A DNA stretch of 60,255 nt, the filler included, from Rhabdomonas costata (lineage: Eukaryota), in assembly GCA_019059605.1 (NCBI GenBank). It is 13 parts of 13 records of this genome, joined end to end, with 100 filler letters (N's around TTAATTAATTAA, not from the genome) between each part and the next. Parts side by side here need not be neighbours in the genome. Positions count along the whole stretch, not along the records: positions 46,456 to 50,984 come from JAHMHO010000218.1; positions 51,085 to 55,609 come from JAHMHO010000219.1; positions 55,710 to 60,255 come from JAHMHO010000220.1; 10 more parts are not named here. One strand, written 5' to 3'. The notes beneath the pieces are model-generated. The model searched no databases. It saw only the letters and a program-made list of their open reading frames with translations, and was not told where the DNA came from. The translations under genes and the position numbers were made by a program. Shown one piece after another: positions 48,604 through 60,255 of the stretch (position 1 is its first letter; every line of letters starts with the position of its first letter).

Positions 48604-50889
48604 CTGAATTCAGGCAGCATCCCCACACACAGAACGGACCTGATCTCCTTTGCCTCCTCACATTAAGACGCCCTTAGAATCGTCCACAAACAAACCAAAA
48701 AACCATACGAGAGCGAACGGTAGAGCTGCTCGATGTACTCCAAGGAAGGAGGAAGGAATGATCCTGCCTCGATCATCGAAAGGGTACAAAAAGACCGGAA
48801 AGAAAGCAACCGATACCCTTAATTTCAAAGAACACTCACCTTCAACCTCCTCGGCTTGGAAGCTCCGGCCAAGAATCGGATTCCTCGGGCGAAAGCACCC
48901 TCACCTTCTCCCTCCAAACACCTTCTGAATTGCATGGAACGGAACAGTTGGGAGGGTCTAAAATCCCGTTGTAAGTCTAACACCTGGTCCGATGCATTTT
49001 TGGGAGGGTGGGGGTAAAGGGTGAGGTGCAAAGCTATCCACCATCCACCCGAAAACCTCCTTCACGTGTGCAACTATGAGAGAAAGGCTGCTACTTAAGA
49101 TCTGTGACTGCTGTAAATGCGGTTATACCAACGTCTAACAAGCCATCTATGTTTTAGTAGAGATGCCAAAATGTCTTCCCACTTGCCCCCAGCTGTGCAT
49201 GACCGAACTACTTCAGCCATAAAGCTTGACGCAAACCCTTTTTGCAAGCCATCATCTGCAACGAAGGCATTAACTCTTGCAAGGCAAACGAGAAGCGAAG
49301 CAGCCCCCCCCCCCTCTCGCTCTTCTCGTTGTAAACGTTTGTAAAGAGTTTTGTCAGCAGGTAAAAAACGAAGCCTGAGCCACAGGTTTTCCGCTGCGAG
49401 GGTTGCACACAAAATAACAGATTGGAAGGGAATGGGACAAAACAAACCACACCACTCAAACTAATGCGAAAAGGGCATGCCAAGCATGTTCCCAAAACAG
49501 CACAAACAGAACCCGTTCAGGGAACACCAAGTGAACCGTAACCACTGAACCAAAACACAGGGCGGATGAAAAACCCAAGGTGAGCAACGTTTGTGACAAA
49601 AGTCCGACGGTGGTAGTGGAAGGTCGTGTTCCAGGGTTTCAAGAAAACCGCACACGTCACACAAAGGTCTGCGAAGCACGCTACCGAGGCAGAGGACAAG
49701 GCCCCTGAATACCGTGAGGGATGCTTCACAAAAAAGCGGACCTGTGCAGACGTCATCACCTTTCTTTCTCACTCTCTCGCTCTCTAGCCCTCGACAACGA
49801 ATCTTCCGAAGTACAACTGGGCGTGGAAAAACACTGAGCGGAGACGATTCCCCGAAGCCACGCATCACAAAGGGAACGACAAGGACACAGGCAATCCGAA
49901 GGTTGAAATGATGTGGTGTGGTGTGGTGTGGCAACGAGTAGTACACAAAAGAGGACATCAAAGGATGCCGTGTCACAGACACGTGCGACAAAAAAGCGCT
50001 CTCAGCGGAAGAGAGCTGAGGCGAGAGGTACAGCCCCTCCAGAATGGTCCACACGTGTAACGCGTGCGTTCCGTGTTGGTGTGTCAGTTGTGCGAGTTTG
50101 CGGCAGGGAGGGGAGGGGGCGCAAGAACGGACGGCCGCACAACCACTGGCATCGGCGGGCTGTTCCCGTATTTACCCCGTTCATCGTACTTGGGCTCGTT
50201 AGGTTGTCAGTGTTCCCCTAAACATGAAAATTCTTGATGCATCCTTACGCTGAGCATCGGGCCTCCGACCTTCAAAGCGCCCCCGTAAGTTTGCGGAAAG
50301 CGCGGTGGTAGAAGGGGATGCAAAAAAGCACGGTGAGAGTTTTAGGGCTCAAATCAAACATAACTGAGGACAAAACTGCAGAACTGTAGGAGTCCGACCC
50401 CGAGCCCGCTGATGCCGAGCCACCAGGCACAAAAACAAACACACAAATTCACACGCACGCGCGGATGCGTATTACAAAGCGTATAGACTCCAGCCTGAAC
50501 CTGCATGATCACTCTGGCAGGTCACTGCCATGCAGCCCTGAAGGCAGAGAAAGTGAGCTCTGAGAGAAGTAAAGCAAAAGCGCTGGATTGACACACAAAA
50601 TCAACCAAGTTCCCACCCCATCATCAGATGTGCACCAGAAGTTGCATCTTATGGACATCATCAAAACAGCGAACAACCGGACCCCACCGACCCACTCACC
50701 TTCCTTCGTTCTCTGGGAGAGGCATGCAGGATATAACCTGCGTTTCCACAAAAAATGATAACCATTTCCAACTGTAACTTAAAATTACGATTGCGAAAAA
50801 AAAAAAAGAGGGGGGAATAGGCCATTTTTCGTTGTAAGCTCAAAAGAGGGCGTCTGTGCGTGCAAAGCCAGTCTCAACGGACTGAAGCG

Positions 50890-50984
50890 TTTGTTGTAAA
50901 CTTTTCAAAGCACACCAAAAAAAAGAACTGCAATATCATGCATTTCTTTTTTTTGGTGTGCTTTGAAAAGTTTACAACCAACAC
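50890..50984. repeat. Contig-terminal inverted repeat (~40-bp arms)
   Basis: ttgtaaacttttcaaagcacaccaaaaaaaagaa...tgca pairs with tgca...ttcttttttttggtgtgctttgaaaagtttacaa. Confidence 0.88.
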
Positions 50985-51088
50985 NNNNNNNNNNNNNNNN
51001 NNNNNNNNNNNNNNNNNNNNNNNNNNNNTTAATTAATTAANNNNNNNNNNNNNNNNNNNNNNNNNNNNNNNNNNNNNNNNNNNNGTGG

Positions 51089-51306
51089 TTTTTAATCGTT
51101 CCATACTGGTGCCACAGCACAAGCACTCCTGTGTTCGTTTGCTCGTTTGCTGTTCAGACCATTTACGAATGTGCAAGTCACGATAATTCAAAGTACACAA
51201 ACTGAATCATGTCAAAACGTGCACATTCGTAAATGGTCTGAACAGCAAACGAGCAAACGAACACAGGAGTGCTTGTGCTGTGGCACCAGTATGGAACGAT
51301 TAAAAA
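51089..51306. repeat. Contig-terminal inverted repeat (~87-bp perfect arms)
   Basis: 51089-51175 is the reverse complement of 51220-51306. Confidence 0.92.
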
Positions 51307-51382
51307 ACAATGCTAATGAACGCAATACGGAACAGGAGAGCGGTTATGGGGACGATAAGAGGGAATGGATGCCGAAGCACAC

Positions 51383-54300
51383 CTTGGTTCAAGACGTTCT
51401 GAGTGTAGCAGTTGTACGTGTTCAGCGCCCATGTTTGTGGCTTGCAGTTGTTTGGAGTGGCTAAGTTGGTCACTCGGAGGGTAATCTGAGAGAATTGGCA
51501 GAAGCAACGTAGTGAATCAGAAAGAAGTGGGTGAAAGTCGACATCGACAAATGTGGGACAGGGGTTCTTGAAGCGTCTGCAGCACCAAAAGCTAACGCGC
51601 GAGAAATCTGAAGGATATAAACAGTTGTTATGCTTTGTCTCTGTTTTCTGAAACAAGAGCACATAAAAAGACACATGCGGGGCGAGGGATGAGGGGTAAC
51701 ACACGCACAAACGCAAACAAGCCAAGGGCAACAAGTCAGATAAACCAAAGCCAGAGCCCAAGCACGCACCGCGGTAGACTCGGTGGGGAAGATGTTCAGC
51801 CCCTCTCTCCACTTCAGGGTGACGGTCTGCGTCACGGGGTCGGTGATTGTGGCCATAGGCTGGCCGTACAACACGTCGTTCTGGTCCACCACCGTGTTGG
51901 AGCCCAGATGGCCCTGCCGCGGAACCCAGGTCACGTTCGCCTGCGTGGGCCCTCCAGCGTTGAACAGAAACCCTGTAGAGACGGCGAGCAGGAAGCAAGA
52001 GGCAATCAACTCTTTCGGCACTCTTTCTGGGGATATGGGAAGGGACGGATAAATACAGGTGAGGGTGTCTCAGAACACCTATAAAAAATATGCAACCACG
52101 CCCGGCCTGGAACTGTGTTACGGTTCGCTAGTGCACCCTACCTACGAGCCTCGGCACGAACTGGATCACACGTTTCAAAAGGGGTCAAGTGACGTGGAAG
52201 GCTGTAAAGAAATCGAAGAAGGAATAGATGATAAAAACAGAAAACACCATTCTTGGACAGAAAACTCACAGACTCATCGGCGATACAAAAACATAGACAT
52301 ACTTATTCAGAAGTAACCCGTTTTACAGACGCATATAATTACACATACCAAAACAGACGAATGAAGACAACCACATCGAAAGAAAAAAACCAAATATTAA
52401 CTCATAGCTGACCTTTAAAAATAACTAAATAAAATAACTTTTAGTTAACCTTTAAAAGGAAATATGTGGAAAATCCGCCAGGAAAAGGGGGGCACCTCTA
52501 GGACATTTCTGCCATTCCATAGCCAAAGTTGAAGTGTGCACAGTACTTTAACCGTCTCTGTGACGTGCACAGCGTGTGAGCACTTTCCAACAAAACAACT
52601 GCTCGGCCACCAGCTGTGGGATCGAGGTGCGAGAAAGACACACATACACACCAGCAGGAAAAGTGATGACAATGGTGTTCCCAATGGCCTGCAACTTCTC
52701 CAGAGTGAGCTGAATCTGGGCGAACACCCCGCTTTGAGCCCTTACGGCGTTGCCACCGTTGGGTCCGAGCAGAAGGACCTGAAGGAACCATCCGCCAACA
52801 TCATGAGCATTCCACTCGTGCGGTTACCAACATCATTCCATGGGCTGCACAGCGGGGCAATGCAACCGCCGCTGCGTTTCTTTCAGCAGCCCCAGTGGCC
52901 CCTTGTCCGTGAATGAAAATAAAGCATGATACATCGGAAATCTGGCTCACCATCGCCCAATTTTTTTTCTCATGTCCCATCCGTGGACGAATGATCAAAA
53001 CCCGGAAATACGCTCTCCTCAGAATCGACAGAAGTTGCCTTGACGCCTCCGCAGGAACCAAGGGAACCAGCGGAGACACACATGCGAGAGCGGAAGAGGG
53101 GATAGTTACCTGCACCGCGGCGTGGATCCACAGCCGCATCGTGGCATTGGGGTAAGGGTAGGGCATGACGGCAGGTGCGGTGAAGTTTGTGAATTCCCAT
53201 GCGGGCACGCGGTGGACCACACCACCGATCACCTTCTCCCCGGCGGCACCCCCACCTGCAAAGTATTGGACGGAGTCCGCCCACCAAGAAGGATTGCAAT
53301 GCCCAGCAACACCCAAGCAACTGATAATGAGAGCAGACAGCATTTGGGGACACGGTCGCGCAAGCATGCACCCAAAACTTCCATGTTAACAGTCAGTGGG
53401 CTAGGTAATTTCTAATCTACGTAGAGTGGTGCAGAAAAGGACGAAGGAGAAAAAACATAATGCTTTACAACGCCTGAAAGTGGAGAGAAGTTGATTAAGC
53501 AATGCGAAATGCGAGCAGGTGGTGAGATACTTGCGTTCATCACCCAGTTTAATAGTAAACTACTTTCGAAGTTCCTGCACTGCAATAACGTTGTGTCTAC
53601 AATGCGTGCTTCTGCAGAGGGCAACAGGGAGAAGCCACATCAATGGACCAGCATTATTTCAGGCAAGGTCCTGGCATGTTTCTTTCGTTCCGCAGGGCAA
53701 GCAGTTTGGCAGATTCAACCGTATTCAACACCCGCGAAGTTCCGCGATGACGATCACAGCAGGCAGTAACCGCGACCAGTTTTCAGGCAACAACCACATC
53801 ATTATGCAAGCGATGCCAGCATGCATCCACGGAAAAATGGAATTGAACGCTGCACGCTCAGGGCGGACCAGGCTGACTGGACTGCTGCCCCAACACCAAG
53901 TTGGCAAAGTAGGGTTGGTCCACCTCCGTGCCAGCATCCCACAGCACGAGCTTGTCTGTCTTCTCACCGTAGCTGAAGACCACAAAGAAACCAGCGGAAA
54001 AAGCTATTGAAACGAAGTGCTTAAGAAGGGGAAGAGGGAGCTTGCCTGTTGGTTCGTCAAAAACGAAAAGATGAAGTACGCGGGAGTTGTTTCGGTGGCG
54101 AAAAGTCCAATGCAACCAGTGTGGCATTGAGTCTCTGGGGTCAAGGGTGTAAAGGACGTCTGTCGACATCCTTTGACAGGCAGTTGGCAATGTCAAATCT
54201 AGCCGTACTTGGGCTGCAGCCCCGTGAAGAACGGGATGCTCCAGGTGGGTGGCGCAATGAAGCGGTCGTTGGACTTAACCAGCTGCGTCACGAAAGTGAG

Positions 54301-55313
54301 GAAGTCGGTCTGACCTGCCAACACCTGCAGCAGAAGCGCAAAGACGCCCACAGCAGGCACAGCAGGCCCACAGCACTCCCCCCAAAAGCACGAGCAGTTG
54401 TAAGCTGGGCATCCCCTTGAACACCAGGTCAGGTGTAATCCTACGAAGGACACTTCTCCTCATTTTTCCTCCTACATCATGACTCCACGCCATGATTGCC
54501 ATCGAATCAATCCTTTGGGTGTTGGGGTGTTCATTTGGTGAACAATCGCAGCACAACCAGGAGAGAGAGAGAGGCACTGCCATAGGGTTGCGTTGGGGTC
54601 AAAATCGGTTGAGTCACATTTAAAATACGGAGAGTAACTTTCTACCTTCACCATCTTCTTCACCCTTCCAGCTTTTGCGATGTGCTTGTGTGACATTTCC
54701 ATGGGCTCCTTAAAAGTGCGGATAAATCATATGCATTGCTGAGCGAAACGAGGGGGACCTGAAAGTCGAATGTTTGCCCCTTAGTCGAAGGAGAAGTGTA
54801 CAGGTCGTAGGAAGTGATTACCCCGTAGTCCTTGACCACTGCCCATCAAACAGAAAAAGAAAGAAAATGGCTTTCTGCATATGACGATCGCCACGTCCCT
54901 TAGACATCTTTTTCTCCAAAGGAAATAAGAGTTCGCGCAAGAGAGGACATTCCGAGTCACGCCGAAACAGGGCTACTCGAAGCTCGACTTTAACCGTGGG
55001 CAGAGTTACATCCCTCGTGGACATCGGAGCCGTGGACTGTGACAAAAACCTTCGACAATGGTGCGATGATGTCAATTCCACTCCCTCCAATCCCCGCCTC
55101 TCCAAAGCAAAGGTAACCATGAAATAGCTCAGAGACCAGCTACATAAACCGGGATGTTTGGAGGTGTCTGAAAAGCAGTTCACGGCAGTCAGCACTCACA
55201 ACCATCCACGCGGGCATACGTCCAATGCTCTTGTGACCCTTCAGCTCTCCCAGGAGAACGTCGGGGATGCCCTCCTCGGCAAAAAGAGCCAGCCCCGGGC
55301 TGGCAGGCTCGCC
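51383..55313 (-). CDS. Spondin_N-domain protein, multi-exon, partial
   Basis: Exons encode GEPASPGLALFAEEG (55313-55203), LTFVTQLVKSNDRFIA (~54324-54206), LVLWDAGTEVDQP (~53975-53870) and GGVVHRV. These match spondin motifs GxxASxGLxxxAExG, MxxxSNDxF and WDAGTE. Further exons lie at ~52780-52655, 51972-51770 and 51485-51383. Confidence 0.75.
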
Positions 55314-55959
55314 CTGTGCGCAACAGCAGAGGGTAGAGACGTGGGGCAAGAGGAGCTTAGAGGTATAACAGGGCCCTTACCCTTGTGCCCTTTATCTCAC
55401 TCCTTCTCCTTACCTCCACATCGATCTTGCACCTTCGCACTAGGCTTCATGCTGTAAGGGCATTTTGGATACGAGTCCATCACAACACAACAGAAGCTCG
55501 TGATATTGTCCAGTGTTCAAAGTCCGGCACACAACATCAGCACAGTTCAATTTTTTTTTCACAAATCCAACACTCACAGCTTCACAGGAGAAAGCGTGTT
55601 AGTGTGCTGNNNNNNNNNNNNNNNNNNNNNNNNNNNNNNNNNNNNNNNNNNNNTTAATTAATTAANNNNNNNNNNNNNNNNNNNNNNNNNNNNNNNNNNN
55701 NNNNNNNNNGTGGGGTGTGGTTTATTATTCTATACTTCTCTTGAAGGGACAAGTGCAGTGCCACGGGACCAGCGCATGCGCCACTAAGCAAGAACTCCTG
55801 GGTCAGACGCTGATTTTGGACAGGTTCATGGGATATGGAGCAGTGCGGTGGCAGGTGTCTCCTCCAGGTGGCCGCCCAACGGCAGCTAGCACAGCACCAG
55901 CGTCATTGCCTCCTCACGACACCCCTGCATCTGGGGCCCAAATCTTGCTTTCCGCTTAG

Positions 55960-58067
55960 ACCTCTCTGGAACTGAGGAGATTTGTCGATGCGGCGCGAGG
56001 TTTTGGGTTGATGGTCGTCGTACCAGGTCGCCAACTCTCCGACTACGCGTCCTCCTCGCCAGTCTCGGCCTCTGTGACCCCAAAGCATCCCAGCGGGTCT
56101 CCAATGCCAACACAGCCCGCCGATTCCTCTCTGTTCTCGGTGTACAAGTTCCACTGCGCTCGAGCGCAGATCAAGCCCAACTCGGGGCTGCTCAAGCTGG
56201 TGTCTGTGTATGTGTGTGTTTGTGTGTTTACGCGCGCGTGTTAGTGTGTTAGAAGCTGGACCATGGGTTGCGAGGGAATGATCAATGCTGTGTCGTTGTT
56301 ACCCTGTGGGTGGCGGTCATTATTATATATTATATTTGCAACTCGGCGATACATGCCAAATTGTAAGTGTTCAATGTATGTGGTTGGTTGCTGACTGCTG
56401 GGGGAAAAAACCCGCTACTGCATATTTGTAGTGCATTGCAAGCAGATGTTCTCATTGTTCGCTTAGCTTCCCAAGGAGCCCGGTAAGTTTATCACGGAGA
56501 TCAACATGGACTACAACTACATAGGTTTTGCTGCCAATCCTTCTCCTGATCTCCCGCCTGCCCTCAGCGTGCCCTGTTTATTGGTCTGTTTGATCAATTC
56601 TTTGTGTCTGTTGTCTGTATGAACGGCCCCCATTCAAGAAGTTGAATGTTGATGTTGTTGAAGAAGCCAAGTCGCGATCTGGGTAACGCAAACGAATCGA
56701 AGTCGGAATCAATTGCAAGGAGCTTGCCGGTAGCTGGCCTCTGCCAGCAAATTGTGCTGTCACCTTCCCTCAACCTCTGGACCTTTCTCTTCTGAACTGC
56801 CCTCTCTCGACCGCTTCGCAGGAGTCAAAGGGCTGCAGCCCTTGCTGGAAATCCTCCGCCTGAACCGGGGGCTGAGGGTTCTCAATCTAAAGTATGGTTC
56901 CCCACGCTCCTCCTCTCTCCTGTGATAACAGCTCCTCGTCGCAATCTGCTCACCCCCGTGTTTTTTGCTGAGCCAACTGTTTTAGATCGCGACTTCCCGC
57001 ACGTCTTAGCAAATCCGGATTTCCATCGAAAGAATAAGGAAGCATCGCTTTTTCCACCACATGGGTTGAGTCACATTCCCCGTCCTACACACATTCTTTT
57101 GCCACCAGAGACAACAACTTGGAGAACTCGGAGGTCAAGGCTCTGGGTATGTCCTATCTGCACCCCTACGATCCCACGCTGGCCATGCGCTGCTCCGCTG
57201 ACTGCAAAAGTCCTGCAGGAGCTTCCATGCATAACACACTTGCCCATGAAGAGGGTGGTAAGGTTATCGTCGGACTACGCCGTCGGAACGACCATTCGAG
57301 TTTTACCACCTTCGTCATCGATCCCCCGGCACATTCCATTTTTATGAGTTTAACTACTTTCCTGCCGAGGTCACTGAGCGAGGGCGCATCCTATGTTTGC
57401 AGGGAACTGAACCCTCTTCTCTTTAATCCCTCAGCCCAAGTGCTGGTGGACTCTCCGGAGAACAACCTACAGGTGCTGGACCTGAGCAACAACCCAATCT
57501 CCCTGGCTGGAGGCTCGGTGTGAATACGTGTGGGCATGAGAGAGAGAGAGAGAGAGTTTTGAACTGTGTTTCGCCTTTTCTCTTCTTCCTGGATCGACGC
57601 AAAATGGGAATTCAACCCTGTTCGCAAAGTACTCTTTTCCAATGCAGATTCGTAAAGAGCAACTGCAAATGCAAAACAGAGTAAAGAGAAAAACACTAAC
57701 TTTTACTTTTTCCGTTCAGGTTTTGGTGGAACTTCTCGGAAAGAAGCGCTCCATTGTTGAGGTGCAACCCCCCTCCCGCCAACCCACCCAACCACGTGAT
57801 ACATACAGTGCGGCCGATGTTTTCCACGGACCCATTTTACAAGTCTGTACCCTGCACACTGGGAGCGATTGGCCTGACGTTCAGACAGTTGAGTTGGTTG
57901 GCTTCTTTGGAGGGTGACGTGTATTTCAGCGGCATCGCTGATCTTGACCCCCACAGGTTAAACTTGCGGGGACGCTGATTCAGCCAAAGATTCTGGAGAA
58001 GATCGAGGAGCTGGCGGGGCTCAACCGGGCCTTCAATGCCCGGCCCAGTGTCACTGCCCTCGATTGA
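55960..58067 (+). CDS. Leucine-rich repeat (RNI-like) protein C-terminus; exons ~55960-56199, 56467-56524, 56822-56891, 57109-57146, 57435-57517, 57720-57761, 57957-58067
   Basis: Spliced YKFHCARAQIKPNSGLLKLLPKEPGKFITEINMDYNYIGVKGLQPLLEILRLNRGLRVLNLKDNNLENSEVKALAQVLVDSPENNLQVLDLSNNPISLAGGSVLVELL...*. All six introns are GT-AG and in phase. Confidence 0.88.
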
Positions 58068-58856
58068 TTAGCCCGACAACCCCCAGCCCCACCCCGTCCC
58101 TTTCAAGCTGCTTTCTCAACGATGTCTGTTTTTATTGCTTTGTTCCGCCTCACGGGGCGGCCGTCGTTGAAGGTCCTCGTGAGGTGGCGAGTGCAGCCGG
58201 TGTACATTTCTGGTCATTTGTTTCTTCTGTTTTGTGTGTGTCTGGCTGGATGACTGACTGACTGACTAGTTGCATGTGCGTGCTCTGGCCATGGCTGCGA
58301 ACCAGTGATATCGTTTGACGTTCGCCGTCGTGTCCGTTTGAAGGCATCCTTCAGCACTCTTCTACCTCATCCCGAACCAAACATACAAACCTCATTGGAT
58401 TTTGAAGCACACCCACCCGCCTACCTACTCCCCATTTACCCATCATAAAGCCATTGATGAACTCTGTAGATGTAACTTCTCGCTTTGGCATCACCTGCTG
58501 AGACCCGTTGCCTTTTGTCCCGTCCCTGCTGCGGTAGCAGGTGCGAGGGCGGCATTATTCCGTTGTATGGCATAACTAATCGGGTTATCGGGCAAAAATC
58601 AACACATCCACAAGGCACCCTGTCTTCGGGCCCTGCGTTGAATAATCGCCAGCACCCGCCCACAGAACAACACGACTGTCACACATCATTGCACGGTCGT
58701 TTGTATTGTTTGTTGTGTGTAATGTCGGCGCTCTTTCGGTGTTTTCTTGTTAATTAGCTGTATTCGGTTGAAGAAGGCTGTCCAAGGGTTGTGGTGTTGG
58801 TTGTACATCGCGAGTTCTGGTGTTGGGTGGCGTGGTCTTGGGCGGCGCCCGGAGAG

Positions 58857-59493
58857 ATGGCGTCGTCGGTGAAGAGTCTGGAGAGGCTCCTCGCGCCCGA
58901 AGTGACGTACGATGACCTCCCTGTGCTGAGTAAGGCCTACGCGACGTATTGCTTGGGCTCCGTGTGGGACGAAGTGGTCGCAGACGCGTACCGGTAGGGC
59001 GAGGAGAGACGCGCGCGCGTGCATTTCCAGGATGAGTTTGTGAGATAATCGGCATCGGTTTCAATATGCCTGCTTCCTGGAACGGTGCCTTGCGGTTCTG
59101 TCACCACCGTAAGTTGGTCGTGGTAAAAGCCAACTTTCACAGCCAGTTGGCAGGGTGGTCGCTGAACTACCTTCCGACCAAAGCAGCACATTGTTTATTC
59201 TTAGGGAAAATGGTATGAAAACCGTCTCCTTCATTCACCGCATCAGCTCACATTCACCTTCGCTTTCGTTGTGCAAATGTCAAGTGTTTTAATGGAGAAT
59301 TGATAACGATGCCATCGTCGCCCCGTTTATAGCCTTTGCGAGTTGATCATCGTCCCCATAAGGATTTCTGCCCCTTCCTCTGTGTGTCAGCTAAAGTGTT
59401 GTTCTGGAGTTTCAGTTTCAGGTGATTTTTATGCTTCTTCATTCCTCACAGCATTGACAAGCCCATCGAGGAGGGCAGCGCCTCCCAGACAAA
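58857..59493 (+). CDS. Hypothetical protein, first two exons (58857-58993, 59451-59493)
   Basis: ATG-initiated MASSVKSLERLLAPEVTYDDLPVLSKAYATYCLGSVWDEVVADAYR is joined by a phase-2 GT-AG intron to IDKPIEEGSASQTK. Confidence 0.45.
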
Positions 59494-60175
59494 GGTTTCC
59501 GCGGTCACCGCCCCTGGAACGGACCACCAAAAATGGTAGAGATGCCACTTCTATTATCTGACGGAGGACGGGTGGCATGGAAGGCGACTCTAACCACTCT
59601 AAGAGAATCGGAGGCAAGCGTGGCGTGCCTTATTGCGGGACGTGGTCGGTTTTCAGGTGATTGCCGTCGATCGAACGAGCGAACGAAAGCCCATCCTCGA
59701 CGCCGCAAACTGAACTGTCATTCAACTCCTTGCCAGTGTTTCTAGCTGCCGTGGTTGGCTTTCTGTTGTTTAGACAGCCAAGATACAGCAACGATTTATA
59801 AAAGAGGAAGAGAGAAGATGGAAAAGAAGCCGACGGGATGGGCAGAGACGCCACCAAATCTGGGCCCCCCGACCAGAGCCCCCTCACAGCGCAATGAAGG
59901 TCATAAACGGTCGAATGCACGCGGACGAATGGAGAATGAGACAGGCGTGTGGGTGTGGCAAAGAAGGCACGACGAACGAATGACCCAGAAGCACACGGAG
60001 GCACACGCACGGGTTGGCGTCCATTACGTACACCGCGGAGACTGCAGTCCTGAGGTCGGCCCAGTAGTCCCCCCACCACCGCACCCCCAGGGGGTGGGGC
60101 AGCCGTAGCATGGGCCCAGGCCGCGGAGGAGGCGCGAACCGCTGGTTCTCCGTCAAGGCAGACTGCAGGACGCTG

Positions 60176-60255
60176 ACAACCACAACCACAACCACAACCA
60201 CAACCACAACCACAACCACAACCACAACCACAACCACAACCACAACCACAACCCA
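60176..60255. repeat. (CACAAC)n hexamer microsatellite, about 13 copies, running to the window end
   Basis: The tandem repeat is directly visible. Confidence 0.95.

Noticed and set aside
955-58067. Alternative nuclear genetic code
   Set aside because: Reconstructed nuclear exons have no in-frame stops and end at TAA or TGA. The odd TAG is confined to the cox2 fragment.
59884-60249. Poly-valine ORF
   Set aside because: The Val run is the (GTTGTG)n microsatellite. A minus-strand exon at ~60034-60172 is possible but unsupported.
1-60255. A gene cluster or multi-gene system spanning the window (e.g. NLR + WSC + spondin as an immune locus)
   Set aside because: The genes lie on separate contigs of similar length that were joined artificially; adjacency carries no linkage information.
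60176-60255. Telomere
   Set aside because: The unit is CACAAC/GTTGTG, not TTAGGG, and its orientation (C/A-rich strand running to the 3' end) is opposite to a chromosome end.
1-60255. tRNA, rRNA, spliced-leader RNA or snoRNA genes
   Set aside because: None was recognisable by eye. A covariance-model scan would be needed to exclude small RNAs.

Overview
This window is not one locus. It holds 13 unrelated contigs of about 4.5 kb (1-4543, 4644-9213, 9314-13855, 13956-18529, 18630-23171, 23272-27830, 27931-32467, 32568-37103, 37204-41735, 41836-46355, 46456-50984, 51085-55609, 55710-60255) joined by artificial 100-nt spacers (44N-TTAATTAATTAA-44N), with two internal N gaps. The DNA is from an intron-rich eukaryote, most likely a euglenozoan and euglenid-like. 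That is inferred from relaxed GT(G/A/T)Y-type donors, GC-AG introns and a euglenozoan-type PNS-LRR module. Manual splicing recovers partial genes for UPF0193/EVG1, a degenerate MAP2K-like kinase, Tctex-1 dynein light chain, an RRM-like protein, phospholipase B-like (frameshifted), Ku80, a divergent DEAD-box helicase, a WSC-domain protein, a DOT1-like methyltransferase, a spondin-domain protein and an LRR protein. There is also an intronless NACHT-pentapeptide-WD40 (NLR-like) ORF. The AT-richer contig 4 carries a decayed Merlin/IS1595-type transposase and a mitochondrial-type cox2 piece with an in-frame TAG at the conserved Tyr of GHQWYW. A recurring GA-GC-GNA-GC-GA DNA hairpin motif suggests a dispersed family of non-autonomous elements. 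Contig ends show G/T-only and C/A-only tails and fold-backs, probably amplification artefacts. All family calls come from motif recognition by eye; no database search was run.
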